DNA from: Octopus vulgaris
Lineage: Eukaryota
Assembly (NCBI GenBank): GCA_951406725.2
Contig: OX597821.1
Span: forward strand, 101,432,001 to 101,496,000
Direction of reading: 5' to 3'
DNA length: 64,000 bases
Part shown: positions 37,721 through 50,049 of the stretch, one piece after another
How positions within the stretch are numbered: the first letter of the stretch is position 1
Layout of the letters: every line of letters starts with the position of its first letter
Made by a program: the position numbers and the translations under genes
The notes under the pieces: generated by a model
The model's input: only the letters and a program-made list of their open reading frames with translations
The model's database searches: none
What the model was told of the DNA's origin: nothing

Positions 37721-38929
37721 GACTTAGAATCTTATTGAATGAGGTAGTTTTACGCAAGAACTCCGTTTCACTTCACTAATATATTTATGTGTGTAGATAC
37801 ATATATAATTATCATTAGTAAACATAAAGAACAATTAATTACGTATAAGTAATTGAGATTTTGATTTAAAAGGCACGGGAAATGTTTTCTATTACACCCG
37901 TCTGATTTTGAAGGGTGAGGCGCAATAGTTTCAGGTTCAATCCGTTTTCGCGGTATTTTTAGCATGTGTCTTTTACCATAGCCTCAAATCGACCGAAGCT
38001 CTGTGGTTGAAATTCAGGCGATGGAAACTGTACAGAAGGCCTGTCGAAATGACCGTGCATGATTTAAGTAGTCGACTTAATCGTTACCCGGTTTAATACT
38101 ACCACCTAGTAGTATTAAAATGTAAGAGAGTTCACCCTCTATTGTAAGCTTATGAGCCAAGTCTGTGCTTGTATCGTTCTTGAAGTCCTGAAAAACATGG
38201 GCATTACCCTTTCTCCTCCGAATAAGCTATAAAAATAAAAGAAAGGATCCGCGTAACAGGAGGGTCTCAACATTGTGCGACATGCTAGAAATATCAGCCA
38301 GTTTTCTCTCAAATTCCACCTAACGTCTTAAAACACGGTACCCCTGATAATGTAATCTTAGATACTTTACAGCTACAAAACAAAAAGAAAGTCAAGACAG
38401 TCACATTAGAAAACTTTTAGTTTTCGGCCCTATTGACCAGAACCTCGAGGACTACTAAGAATTATTTAAATAGAGCCTTAAAGAACACCTTAAAATTTTC
38501 CAAATTTATTTCAAACGAGATATATTTGTATTTTGAAATAGTAGGGCCCCTGGTGTAAATAAGTCTGTAGATACATCATGCTACATATATTTTGAAGGTT
38601 AGTACTTATCGGACCGAATTCAGTATACTATTATGATCAGTACCCACTGGAGGAGTTAACTTCTGCTTTTTACTCATTTTCGAGTTGATATTACTAGTAT
38701 CAGTTGTCATTAAATCAATCAATCAATTCACAGAAAAACAGGCGATAGTACAGTTTCGATTTTAGAGCTTGTCGCTGTTCACAAAAACAAGTCCACTTTT
38801 TACACTTGGGTATCAGTTTGAAAACAGAAAAATACGATCACAGTATATGCGATTGTCCGACTTGTTGGAAAAAGCAGACAAATCTACCCCGAATCATACC
38901 CTTTCCCCATCATTAAAAGATGTGTTCGA

Positions 38930-39290
38930 GGGCCCCGTTGAGAGTCAGCGCAGATTTCACGAGGTATCTAGATTGCATGTGGATGATGTTTGGTTGTCGG
39001 AGACTAGAGAGGAATGAAGTAGAATATCATTCGTTTAGGTGTGGGTGTTGTGACTACAAGTAGGTTGTTGATATATAGGAGGAAGAGTTGTGGATCAAAA
39101 CTGAACCCCAGGAGACACAACACCCAAGCTGAAAGGGTTGTCGGACAGAGAGAGAAGTTCCATTAGCACATGTCACAATAGTGTAATATAACAGGAACTC
39201 ACTGATCCAAGGGACTATATGCAGGTGGATCCCAGTTACAGGGAGTTTTGACAGGTATTTTCTCATGCCAGTTGCAAGGGCGAGAGCCCG
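38930..39290 (-). mobile_element. CR1/Jockey-group LINE RT remnant
   Basis: LSKLP..GI...WISEFL...NG...VSWGSVL..LFLLYINNL is a decayed form of the GVPQGSVLGPLLFLIYINDL motif. Confidence 0.65.
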
Positions 39291-40864
39291 CTGGTGAGTA
39301 ATAAAATAGGTCTCCTGTAGATATGGTGCTCACTAAGGAAGGTTAGAATGCTAGAAAAAGCCGAGCGATTCATTTTTGTTTCTTTTCTTTTTTTTTTTTT
39401 CTTTTTTTCAAGTATTTATAAGATGGAAACAAATAAATTGCTGAAACAACTAATTAACATTTAGAAGAATGATCGAAATAAAGATTTAAACATTTATATG
39501 ATTGGAAGTTATAAAATACTGAAGTCTACAAGTGCTTTGATTTGCTACAAATTACAGATATGAGCCTAGTTAGTGATGGACAAGTACAACTTCTTTCTAT
39601 ACACTAGTAATATTTCTTCCATTTCTTTGAAATATTAATTGCTATAACATTGCCTTCATTTGTTTCAAAGTTTCATTGCAAGAGCATTGTTATTGAATGC
39701 TCCAACCTCTGGCTCACTGATATGTTGTCTCCTCTCTCTGTTGTTCTACAAATACAATGGCCCCTACTCCTCGCGGTTACCTAGTCTCGTACACCAGATG
39801 GGTAACAAGGAGCACGATGGGATTTAGTCACCCTCAGATGTAGATATAAAGAGGTCCAAAATTTCATTTTGTTTATCATGTCGATTAAGCTGAAGATGCA
39901 AAATGTGTCTTTACGCTGAAACTCCTTGCTTCGCACTGTCGTGTACTCATGACTCATTCGTCTGTTTTTCTTTTTGGTGAGGGGCGTTTACCTTTTTCGT
40001 CTTTCATCATTTATATAATGTCCTCCCCCACCATCCTTCACCCCAATCCTACTTATCCTGAATGTTGATCCTCTGGAATCATTTCCCTGCACATATTTTT
40101 ATTTCTTGCAGCAATTAATGCCTCTATCTCACCGGTCTGTTTGAGTGTGCGAAGGCAATGAGCACAGTTCCTTCCTCCAGATATTAATTAAAATAAAGGA
40201 AGAAATTGCAAACTAAAGATTGCCGTTGTTTCACGTATTTATTTTCATGCTTCCATCTTATATTAATGAACTTATCATGGATCCCTGTTTCTACTTTGTG
40301 GATTTTCACCTATCGCGGGGATTTTTGGAACGTAACACCTATGATAGTCAAGGGATTACTGTATACAATGAGTTCAGGATCTTTTCACTTTGACCGGCAA
40401 ATTCTTAAAATAATTTCTTTGTAACGATCCCAGTACTGTACGGCAATTTTTTTTTTATATTTTTATAACTTGTGTGTATTTATTTTATTATAAATGCAAA
40501 ACAACACCACAGAGGAATCGACATAAGCTTAAATAATAAACCGCGATAAGTGAACCACAATATGGCGAGAGATTAATGTACAGTGCTCAGGTGCGCTACA
40601 AATAAATATTTAAAGGGAGAAAGGAAAGGTTGGAGAAGGAATCTGATTTAATCTTTACCATTTTCCACGGAAATTAGGAAGCTGTTTATGGCCGATCAAA
40701 CGGTCATTTCTTTTCTAGTATCAAACAATGGAAAATGTTTCGTTAATTATTTTTCACCTTTTATAACTTTCGATCTTTCTTTAAAAGTTATTTCACAATT
40801 CATTTATTTATTTATTTCGTTTTTGGTATCTGGTTTGTAAGATTTCATTATTTTAATTTGTGTG

Positions 40865-41335
40865 CTGAAACAAATTTTGTTATGTCTAGGGTGAGTCATT
40901 ATGTCAATATTAATAACACACGCACTGGTCCAATTCCACTCCTTTATTATAAGTCATATTCAACTAACAAATCGATTGTTTGTTTAATTTGGTTAAACAC
41001 TAAGTCGTTTATTTTGTTTTGGTTTTTGTCAAAGCTGTTTCGTTGCTACTTATAACCTCTTCAATGACTTTTCTCTTATCCCCAAGTAGAAACCATTGTA
41101 GGCGACTTACGTAACGACAAAGAGAAAAGTCACTATAAAGGTTGCAAATAGCAACGAAAGAGCTCTGACAAAAAAAAAATACTTACTGCTTAACCAAGTT
41201 AAACAAACAGTTGATTTGTTAGTTGGATACTTAACCAACTGACTAATGATAAAGGAGTGGAGTTGAATCCGTGCGTGTATTATTAATGCTGGCGTAATGA
41301 CTCTCCCTAGACACAACAACATTTGTTTATTTCAG
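40865..41335. repeat. About 470-bp imperfect palindrome (foldback/MITE-like)
   Basis: Left arm (ctgaaacaaat...tgtctagggtgagtcatta...ccactcctttattat...tgacttttctct) is the reverse complement of the right arm (agagaaaagtca...atgataaaggagtgg...taatgactctccctagaca...tttcag). Spacer about 41078-41118. Confidence 0.85.
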
Positions 41336-42110
41336 TCTTGTTTACAAGTGTTAAAAAGTTATTTCAATAAAATATTTGCTTCTAGCTTCTTATAAACATA
41401 TTTGTAAGAAAAGACAAAGTTAAATTGATTAGAATTTTTAATACCATTCGTTAGCGGATAGTTGGCTATTATTTCTAGCAGGTCGAACGCAAAGAGGGCT
41501 CTATGGTTATGAGAAGTGCACGTCAAGCGAAAGCGGAAAAGAAAGAGAAGTGTAAAAAACGCGAAATTGTTTGCGGTTAAGCGAAAAGCGAAACAATTTT
41601 GCGTGGTTTAAAATTAGACGAGCGCAAAACTAAATAATTAACATGCATAGTCGCCAAGGAAATATTGAATGGTTTTAGTTCCCAGTTGGAACCTTATCGC
41701 TAGAGACAAATATATTTCGAGCAAGATAGGGAACCTGTACATGGACGCTCGGTGTACTTGAAATAGCAACCACATTTACTGCGAATCACTCCTACCGTCT
41801 TTATAAAAAGAAACATACAGACGATCTCTGAAACAAAAATTAGCATGATTGTAGCTGTAATGTATTTCTTCATAAGTCTGTTAGATCAGAGATGTTTTGG
41901 GATAAGCAACAATAACAAATGTTCTTGGAGGGGGCAAGAAGGTTTCTCGCGTGACCCCGTGATAAAAGTAAAAAGTTTTGCAAAACTAAAAACTTCTGAG
42001 TTAAATAAGAGCGTCGCGTCAATTTTATTACATTACATGTTATACCGGGTAAAATAAGAAAAATTACAATAATGTACGTTCGAGTGTTACACAAGAAAGA
42101 TACCACGAAT

Positions 42111-42241
42111 CACTAGCGTAACTAGAGTGTGTGCCGCTTGGGGCGGGCCGTCAGTTTTCCGTCCCCCAAATACATATTGCCTACAGCAGAACCCAAAGTA
42201 GGGGCCCCCGGGGTGGACCGTCCCCTCTAGCTACGTTAGTG
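42111..42241. mobile_element. hAT (Tip100-like) MITE, 131 bp, GC-rich
   Basis: Perfect 8-bp TSD CCACGAAT (42103-42110, 42242-42249); 17-bp TIR CACTAGCGTAACTAGAG / CTCTAGCTACGTTAGTG with 2 mismatches. Confidence 0.88.
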
Positions 42242-44099
42242 CCACGAATCGGTTTTCGGTACCCTATGCTGCAGGAATGAGCTGAATAGCCTGACGTTGC
42301 CAGGCAGTTTTTACAATAGAATGTCTTATATAAATGTCTGCTTATTCTTTGTTAGGCTATGCCTTCCCCGACAAATAGGCCTCTTGATCAGGGCAGATTT
42401 GTGCAATTTTTCACAAAAAAAAAAAAAATTTGTTGAGGATTTTTTTCCTTTTTAAATTATTTATATGTCTATTTGATCGTTTCACATGACTTTATTCATT
42501 AAAACTTCGGAAATTCTTACAACTTTGGTCGTCGTAATGCTTTGCATTGGTTTGTTTAATAAAACTTCCTCCTCCTAATGATTTTGCTTTCATTTCGTGA
42601 TAGACAGCTATCATGCAGAAAATGCCAGCTTCCAAATCCTGTTTTCTGATTAGGTAAACTTTAAACCTCAGTAACATTTTTCTGCAATTTTTCTGGAACA
42701 ACAAAATAACAAAATCGGATTTAATGTGGAAAATTATTTCAATATACCACATTTGGAAATTTTAACGTAATTTTAAAATCTCACAATATGTGATAGCAAC
42801 AGGGAAGACCCTACAAAAGTAGACAGACAGACAGTTATTGGACCTCTCTATGTCCCTGTCTGTCTGTATCTCTCTCTCACACACACACACATTTACAAAC
42901 GTATACACAGGTAATCTGAGTTTTAAATGGTGTTTAGTAGACATATGTATGTATGCATTGTGTGTGTGAGTGTTACTTTACGATGGATATCAGATACGTA
43001 TTCCTCACACCTACCTTTCTCTGTGTGTGTGTGTGCGCACGTTGTATCTATGTATTTACGAAAGTAAGTATATAGCGTTGCGTGTAAATGACAGCTGTAT
43101 TAACGCGGACGTCCCATTGCCACTCAATATTTGTAGCTTACATAACGCTGTTCACGCCTTCCCTGATATAAGTCACCTTCACTCAGCAAATGCGTTTCCC
43201 TCCGACTAATAGTTTTTGCAACCTTCTTATTTTATCATATAATTCACTCAACCCCAGTGGGGGACACATTATAGATTTTTATTGAAATCCAATTAACCTA
43301 TTATTGTTAGTGTAACATGTATACAAAGTTTCGTGAATATTGGCTCGCTGGTTTAGGCACTATAATGGTAACAGACATACAGAAATTGCTATTTATATAT
43401 AAGGTAGTGCTGAATTCATGTACTCCTATGCATCGGGAAAAGACAACTAAAATCTACCATAATATTTAAACGATCTCAAATCTATTTTGGCATTCATCGT
43501 TAATTTATTGCAGGGACAAAAACGAATACCTCAACTCTCCCCGCAAAAGCGCGTTCCAGGGCAAGTTTCTATCTTCACCAAACTCTCCAAAGCTAGTGGA
43601 ACATGCTACAGTGTGTCCTATTAACACCCCTTCCAAAAGAGCAATCTCTCTGACTTTGCCAATTACTGATTAATTGCGCTCACTTCCAACATTCCTTTCA
43701 TAAATGTTATTCCCTTTCTCTTCCTCCTACCAGTACAGTTTTCTGTACGGTTAACTTACAATTCTACGTCATTCACACATGGCCTCTCACCTTAACTAAC
43801 TTCTATGAAAGTAATGTTCTTGTACATGCACATAAGTATGCCATTGATCGTGAAAGGAAACAAAAAAAAAAACATGTGTAGAAATAGTGGTGGTGGGAGC
43901 AGTTTTAAAATATTTTGTACTCATTTGAGATGGCGAAGAGGGTGACAACAAAATCACTTGATTTTTGTTTTTATCTCGTGGGTTAGAAGTTTCATGTTAG
44001 ATTGTTCTGTTGTAGTGTGTGCTGTTGGGGATTTCTTCATTACATAATTTCAAACTGATTATCAACTGGATTTATCTCATTTGACAAAGAAGGTCCGGG

Positions 44100-44610
44100 A
44101 ACATAAAGAGCGCTGTACCTTCTTTAACTAACTTATATTTTTTAAATTATCCAAATGCATTATATGAGTGCGAATTAGGGACGTTAGTTGCTGGACGTAT
44201 CACGGGCTTTAGATGCTGAACGTAAGGAAAGTTCATGATTTTTGAAAGGTAATGTAGAAAGATATTTTCCATTCCATATGCTGAACATCGAAGTAAGGAA
44301 AATGTTAGGAAATAAATTGTTGAGAATACCGAGAACCACGAAATTCTTTCGTTAATTGTTAAAATACGAAAAATGAAATAATTTGATGATGCAACACGAC
44401 ATCATAACACTTCACTTTAAGAGAATATGGTAATGCATGGAAAAAGATTTCCGGTAAAAGAAATATAGAGGATCCACCAAGGGAGTTATTGAATACTGTT
44501 AATGGATAGATTGGGAGAAGGATGAAAACACAAGGTAAGCTGATGATCTGATCAGGAAAGACGGCGATATTGGTTGCATCTACAGCCATCTTACGCTACA
44601 AGTTTTGGTG
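44100..44610 (+). mobile_element. Decayed RTE LINE 3' remnant
   Basis: IPYAEHRSKENVR...EILSLIVKIRKMK...MVMHGK-like segments with stops and frameshifts. Confidence 0.55.
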
Positions 44611-45770
44611 ATCCACAGATGGATATTTATTTAATTACAGAAGATTAAACAGCGATTTGAGTTTAAAAAAATGGACTAGATGTTTTACTAAATTCATTCG
44701 GCATACTATCTTTTATTCCCCACAAGCACAATTTTGTACTTAATTGATCGCCAATATCTCAAATTTTCCCTCACCTTGGAGAATAGCACGAAAATAACCT
44801 AAGAGTATACTCAGTTAATTAAACTATCCCTACACAGTTCAATTTTATTAAATACCAAGTAGCAGATATAAAAATAGAACACAACCGGTACAGTATTGTA
44901 TAATACCATTCTTCCTATTCTGATATTGAAGTACGTGGAGGAAACAAGCGTCACTGAACTGAAGCAAATTCTAATTGAACCAAATCTTTCCCTCTTCACT
45001 CACTAAAATCTCTTTGAAAAAGCCAATCTCAACTTTTTATTTCTCTGCTTTTTGATTTGTGTCAATATCAAACCTCGAACTGGCAGAATTATAGGATTTC
45101 TAGATGGACTGCCTTGCATTACCCATCGTTCTGATTTCAATTCCCATCCAGATTAACTTCGATTTTCATGCTTCCAGGTCGAGTAAAAAAATAAAATAAA
45201 GTAAAGGGATCTTTTCTGCTTAGCTCACACTTTTCAATTCCTTTGATTTTGCTCCAATTGATTTCAAATTTGGTGTATTGATGTAGTTTTATATATTGAA
45301 TATAGGAATGGCATTCATTTTTGCCATAAATTAATAAATAAGAAGAAGAAAAAACTTGATAAAAGAGAAAAGATTTTTAAAAATGTACCAGTCAACAGCT
45401 AGGATAGATTAAATCGACTGCTTACGCCGCCAAAATTTGAGTTCTGGTGTCAATGATAGAAATAAATGAGTGGAGCAAAATAGGATGGATTATTGACGAG
45501 TAATTCGATGATAGTGGAAAATTTTAAGATCGATACTTTTCAGTATTTTAGTTTAATTTTCATCGAATTAACAAATGGAACATGTATTTTAAAAATAACA
45601 ATTCTAGTTGTCAGTGAAATCTAAAGCCACCTTTTATTACTTTTAATTTTAAGAATAAAAGGTTTGGTAATTTAAGAAAGTTAAGTAAAAAGTTTGCTGG
45701 TTATTCGGACCACATTTTAAATTATGCAGAAGTCGAACATATGCTGAGAAGATATATTAAACGCTGTGAT

Positions 45771-45811
45771 TTCCGGTGACGTCACTTCCGCCTATAAACA
45801 ATCACCATTTT
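45771..45811 (+). promoter_or_regulatory. SREK1-like core promoter: ETS-CRE-ETS composite, TATAAA and YY1-like CCATTTT
   Basis: ttccggTGACGTCActtccgcc (CRE 45777-45784, ETS CTTCCG 45785-45790), TATAAA 45793-45798 and CCATTTT 45805-45811, about 40-75 nt upstream of the ATG. Confidence 0.7.
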
Positions 45812-45847
45812 GCCGGCAATCCGTTTGCACAAATTTTGTGCACAACC

Positions 45848-45993
45848 ATGGCTGGTGCAGCGGTTGCTGATTGTAAACTCAATACAAAAGTCATTCAAGT
45901 TACAAATGTAGCACCTGGAGCAATTAAGGAACAAATGAAAACCTTGTTTTCCTTTCTTGGAAGGATCGAGGAAGTTCGCATGTACCCATCAGA
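45848..45993 (+). CDS. SREK1: SREK1/SRSF11 (Srp54)-family SR protein, coding exon 1 (first half of RRM1)
   Basis: Strong Kozak context accATGg. MAGAAVADCKLNTKVIQVTNVAPGAIKEQMKTLFSFLGRIEEVRMYPS(D) matches the VIQVTN...EQM.TLF.FLG.I.E.RLYP signature. Donor GTAAGT at 45994. Confidence 0.93.
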
Positions 45994-48304
45994 GTAAGTT
46001 CATTTGATCGTGTCGTTTGCCATTCCGTGTCTTTGTTAAGATTTTTAAGTTCTCATCGCACAGTAAACCAGCTTGTTTTAAGATTTAAACAAAAAAAAAA
46101 TAATTAAATTATATATTTATTACATTTTCTTTGTATCATTCTTCTTGATTGTTTTATATTATTGTTAATTAACATCAAATTCGTCACCAGATCCTTATAT
46201 ATATATATATGGCAATGTTGCCATATATATATATAATAATAATAATAAAATCAATTTTGTGTATAGTTAATGAAGTCATGCAAATTACTTTCAATGTACT
46301 ATAAAGTTTAGGCATTAAATTCATAACCATTTTAAAGTGTTTTCCCGTTGTCGAACGAATATTTTACAAATTTTTACGTTCGAAACTTTGACCTTATTGT
46401 GTTATAAGTTCCGCATAGATCAATAAATACATAGCCAACTGAAGTAAATTACAAATGTTTAGTTTAGAAAGAATTACAAATGAAGTTTAATGTTAAAAGA
46501 TGTGAAGAGTTTTCAATATACTCAATTGATATTTCTTCACTTGCAGTCTTGAATGTATCAAATTTATAAACAGGTGAGTATGCAACTTATTCACTTGCAA
46601 ACTGGAAAACACCGACGAAAATATATAGTTTCTATCATTTAATAATATGAAAAATAATTGAGATTTTCTTTTTTTAGTCTTTCTCTGTAAATGATGGTAA
46701 AATATATGTGTAGTTTCTGTCTTGGCTCTGTTAGTCCCTGATAGTATGCGGCAACAGGACTTATCTTTCATAGTCCGACTGCTTACATTTAGTAGTTTGT
46801 CATGTAGATAGCTGTCAGCATGTAGAGGACGATCTGCTTAAAATTTGCTACTTTGCAGATATTAGGATTCCGATTATTTATTTATCTTCTTCTACGAGTC
46901 TTTCCCAAAATAGTAATTTACATTTTTTTTTTTTTTACATAATTAAAAAGCATTTAAACATAAGTACTTTGATGCTTTATATTTTTTGACACCACGGAAA
47001 AAATGCATTTCCGACAGCTTCCGAAGTCAACTAAGACGATTGCACTCCCACCCACAAAAAAAAAAAAAAAAAAAAAACCTGCGGGGGGGGGGGGAAATTA
47101 TTTAGTACCGAAATTGAGTCTGGTATGAAACTATAAACTTTATATTCTCAAGGCTTCTTTTTAAAATCAAACTGGTAATTTCATCAACATATTCTTGATG
47201 CATGAAAACTTACCTACCTGACCCTTGAGTGACTTTAGCGGAATTCATTGTTGCAAGCCTTCAAATCAGACTTAGTTTCCAACCTGCCCACGTTTTACCT
47301 ACAGATGCCTAGGTTGTCCACAGCTTGCATCATCTCATCAGTCTGCGAGGGCTTAGAAAGGTTGTGGCTATTGCCCCTCCTGAATCTCCATGACATGTTA
47401 CCACAAGAAAATGGAGGCCATTACTGTAAACATTACGTAAAATTTAATGGCTCGTCCATGTTCTGCCATGTGTCTTTCCATTCTAATAATTTTTAGTTAT
47501 TTCGACTACTATACATATTTCCCCGTTTTATAGTTATTCTGAAGATAGCCAGTGATTTTTTGTGATATATCTTAATTAGGAGAAGGATAGCTGGATAAAA
47601 TTAGCTGATTAATCTTATATCTGAAAAACCCAAAGGGTAAATTACTCACGGACGCCATCCGCGTGATAGACAATAGTTAAGTGGGTGTTAGCATTTATTA
47701 TTTTGGGGCTTCATTTACATTACTAGTACGTTGATGATTATGCTTCATTGAAGAGTTCTAATAAGATTGAAATATGTCCCAAATTATATCCAATACTTAA
47801 CGAAATGATTGGAATAGTATTCATCTTAGTCTTTTGTTTATAGGCATGGCAATTATTTTTTAGAATTTGATGTTCACTGCATTGAATATTTAACACTAAG
47901 TTAAGTATAGGTGGAAACAAATATGAGAGAGTTATTAGTGTTTAGTATGGAACTTTAACAGGTGAGACACTGGCTGTGATGAGAAGAGAGACAGATTTCA
48001 ATATGTTAGTTATATTGAGTTAGTAAATCCAGAAGCCAAATAGACAAACTTTGATGGTGGTTGTAATGTGTTGATGACCTATTTGATGGATTTTTCTTAG
48101 ATACAGTCTAGAATTTATGTATAATGTATACACTGTTCAAGTGCAAATAAATAGCTCTTAAAGTAAGGATTATTTGAAGCTTTGATGTAGTTTCGGCTGT
48201 GTAAAGTGCCTTCTTTGGGAGCTTGTCAGACATTGTGATAGAGTGGTTGCAAGATGCTGTTGAAGAAGACTAAATTGTTGAGTTTCCACTGCAGAAGAAT
48301 GTGC

Positions 48305-48380
48305 AAAAACTAACACTTCATTTCTCCGAGCTTAGATTCAGTTTCGAATTTAAGCTCGGAGAAAGGAAGTGTTAGTTTTT
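48305..48380. repeat. Near-perfect 35-bp inverted repeat with 6-nt loop in SREK1-like intron 1
   Basis: aaaaactaacacttcatttctccgagcttagattc-agtttc-gaatttaagctcggagaaaggaagtgttagttttt; one mismatch and one G-U pair in the sense strand. Confidence 0.95.
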
Positions 48381-49822
48381 ACAGATGTGCAAGTTAGGTG
48401 GGAAAGGATAAGCTTGTGTGTGGTTAAAGCCTGTATGTGGAAAGGAAGAGAATAATATATGGCATTATCATCAGTGCAGAAGTGAAGCTCTATTGATATT
48501 GTAGTGGAAAATGTTTCCAGTACATCAATTAATGACATATGAAGCCCATAGACGAGTAGTTTTCTTACAAGCTTTGTTGATGTCAGCAAGGTTGCTTCAA
48601 CCCTTTTGTTATCATATTTCTGATGAAATACTCTGCTTTGTTTCAATTAATAAAGAATTTAGTAAAATAAATTTGCCATTATTAAGCTGGTGTTTGAAAG
48701 ATAAATGAGAAGGATATTTTAATGGAGGGTTTTAACTTAAAGCATTTAAAACAGGAAGATTGGTGTGTAGAACAAGAGGTAGTCTCAGATGGGTTGGAAT
48801 CAAAAGAGTTAGTAGATCAATGAGGAAAGTTTTTAGTTGATTTGATGGTTACTACTGGAGATAAACTGAAAATGATCATTTCTGATTGTTTCCATCAAGT
48901 GTTGTGTGTGACAGCAATAGAATGGTTTCGTATTTTCCAATCTCAGAGTAAACACTTTATAGAAAAGGCTTCAAGAATTTGGTAAGAAGAGAAGTGACTT
49001 GAGTGTACACTGTATCATTGTGATGGTTAGAACACTGTTGAAGAGATTTGCGTTATGTTAGACTCTAGAGACAAATTTCCTGTATATTGCCACTGCATGC
49101 AGAAGGTGATCCAAAATGGACAAGATTGACTGCTCAGTGATTTGTGTGAAAAGAGTGGATTTGGAAGCAAGTTATGCACTTTGTGGAACGATTTGGATTC
49201 ATAGATAGAAAGGTAAAATGGAATTCATCTGTAATAACAACAAAAGATGCACACCTGCAGTTGATGAAGCTTTCAAGAGGAGGAAGGGCAATTCCCATAT
49301 TTCTTTTCAGGTTTCTCCTTATCTAGTGTCATTCTCTGGTCAGAAATCTTGCCAGAATATTTGCAATAGAATGGATTCCTGGAGGCTCTCAAGGACTATG
49401 TGGTGGTGGTAGATCAGGTAACAGTTAAAAGTTTGCCACTTTAGAACAGGAATGGTCCTTACAACATGCTCCCACATAATTTCCGTCTGTCAAATTTGAC
49501 TCAGAGGTCCTTGGTTGACCTCAGGCTATAGAAGACACAATCTCAGGCTGCCGAACAATGGGATTAAACCAGAAACCACATAGTTGCAAAGCTTCTTAAC
49601 TACAATAATAGTTGTCATATATTGCACAAAGGCATCTTTAGTTCTTTGAGTGTTCATCTTGTATGATTTTAGATTAAAGACAAATGTCTAACAGTTGATA
49701 ATGACAAGAATTTTTCTGTAATTTTTAGATACCATTGTAATGTTTTTGTTAACCACTTAGGTTTTCTTGTTTACAAGTTTTGGGAAAAAAAGAACAGTGT
49801 GGCCACTATATACATCTGTTTA

Positions 49823-50049
49823 TTAACCCTATAGCCTTTAAACTGGCCATATCAGGCCCAGATATTCTACCTGCTTTGCATTCAAACTGGTCGTATCTAG
49901 TGTCTCACACATACCCTACATTGACGCTCTAAAATTAAACAATCACATCAGTGAAACTTCAAAGCTATGAGATAATGCATGGTTAATTCAAAACGATATG
50001 GATAAATAAAGCATTACATTTAACAGTAATGTGGACACTAAATGGTTAA
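49823..50049. mobile_element. piggyBac-type MITE, same family, inverted relative to the 51178 copy
   Basis: TTAA-ccctatagc...taaatgg-TTAA; the internal sequence is the reverse complement of the 51178 copy. Confidence 0.8.

Noticed and set aside
37720-45770. NLN or ERBIN-like exons between SGT and the SREK1-like gene
   Set aside because: No peptidase M3, LRR or PDZ-like coding sequence is visible; the interval holds LINE remnants, MITEs and a foldback.
45776-45847. N-terminal extension of the SR protein in the ORF track (GTG start)
   Set aside because: Artefact of alternative start codons; the region is promoter or 5' UTR, and ATG 45848 has strong Kozak context.
46198-46235. Perfect 18-bp palindrome around ggcaa-tg-ttgcc
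   Set aside because: 13 of 18 bp are self-complementary (TA)n; only 5 bp are informative.
47056-47095. Long A run followed by a long G run
   Set aside because: Simple homopolymers with uncertain assembly length; no functional evidence.
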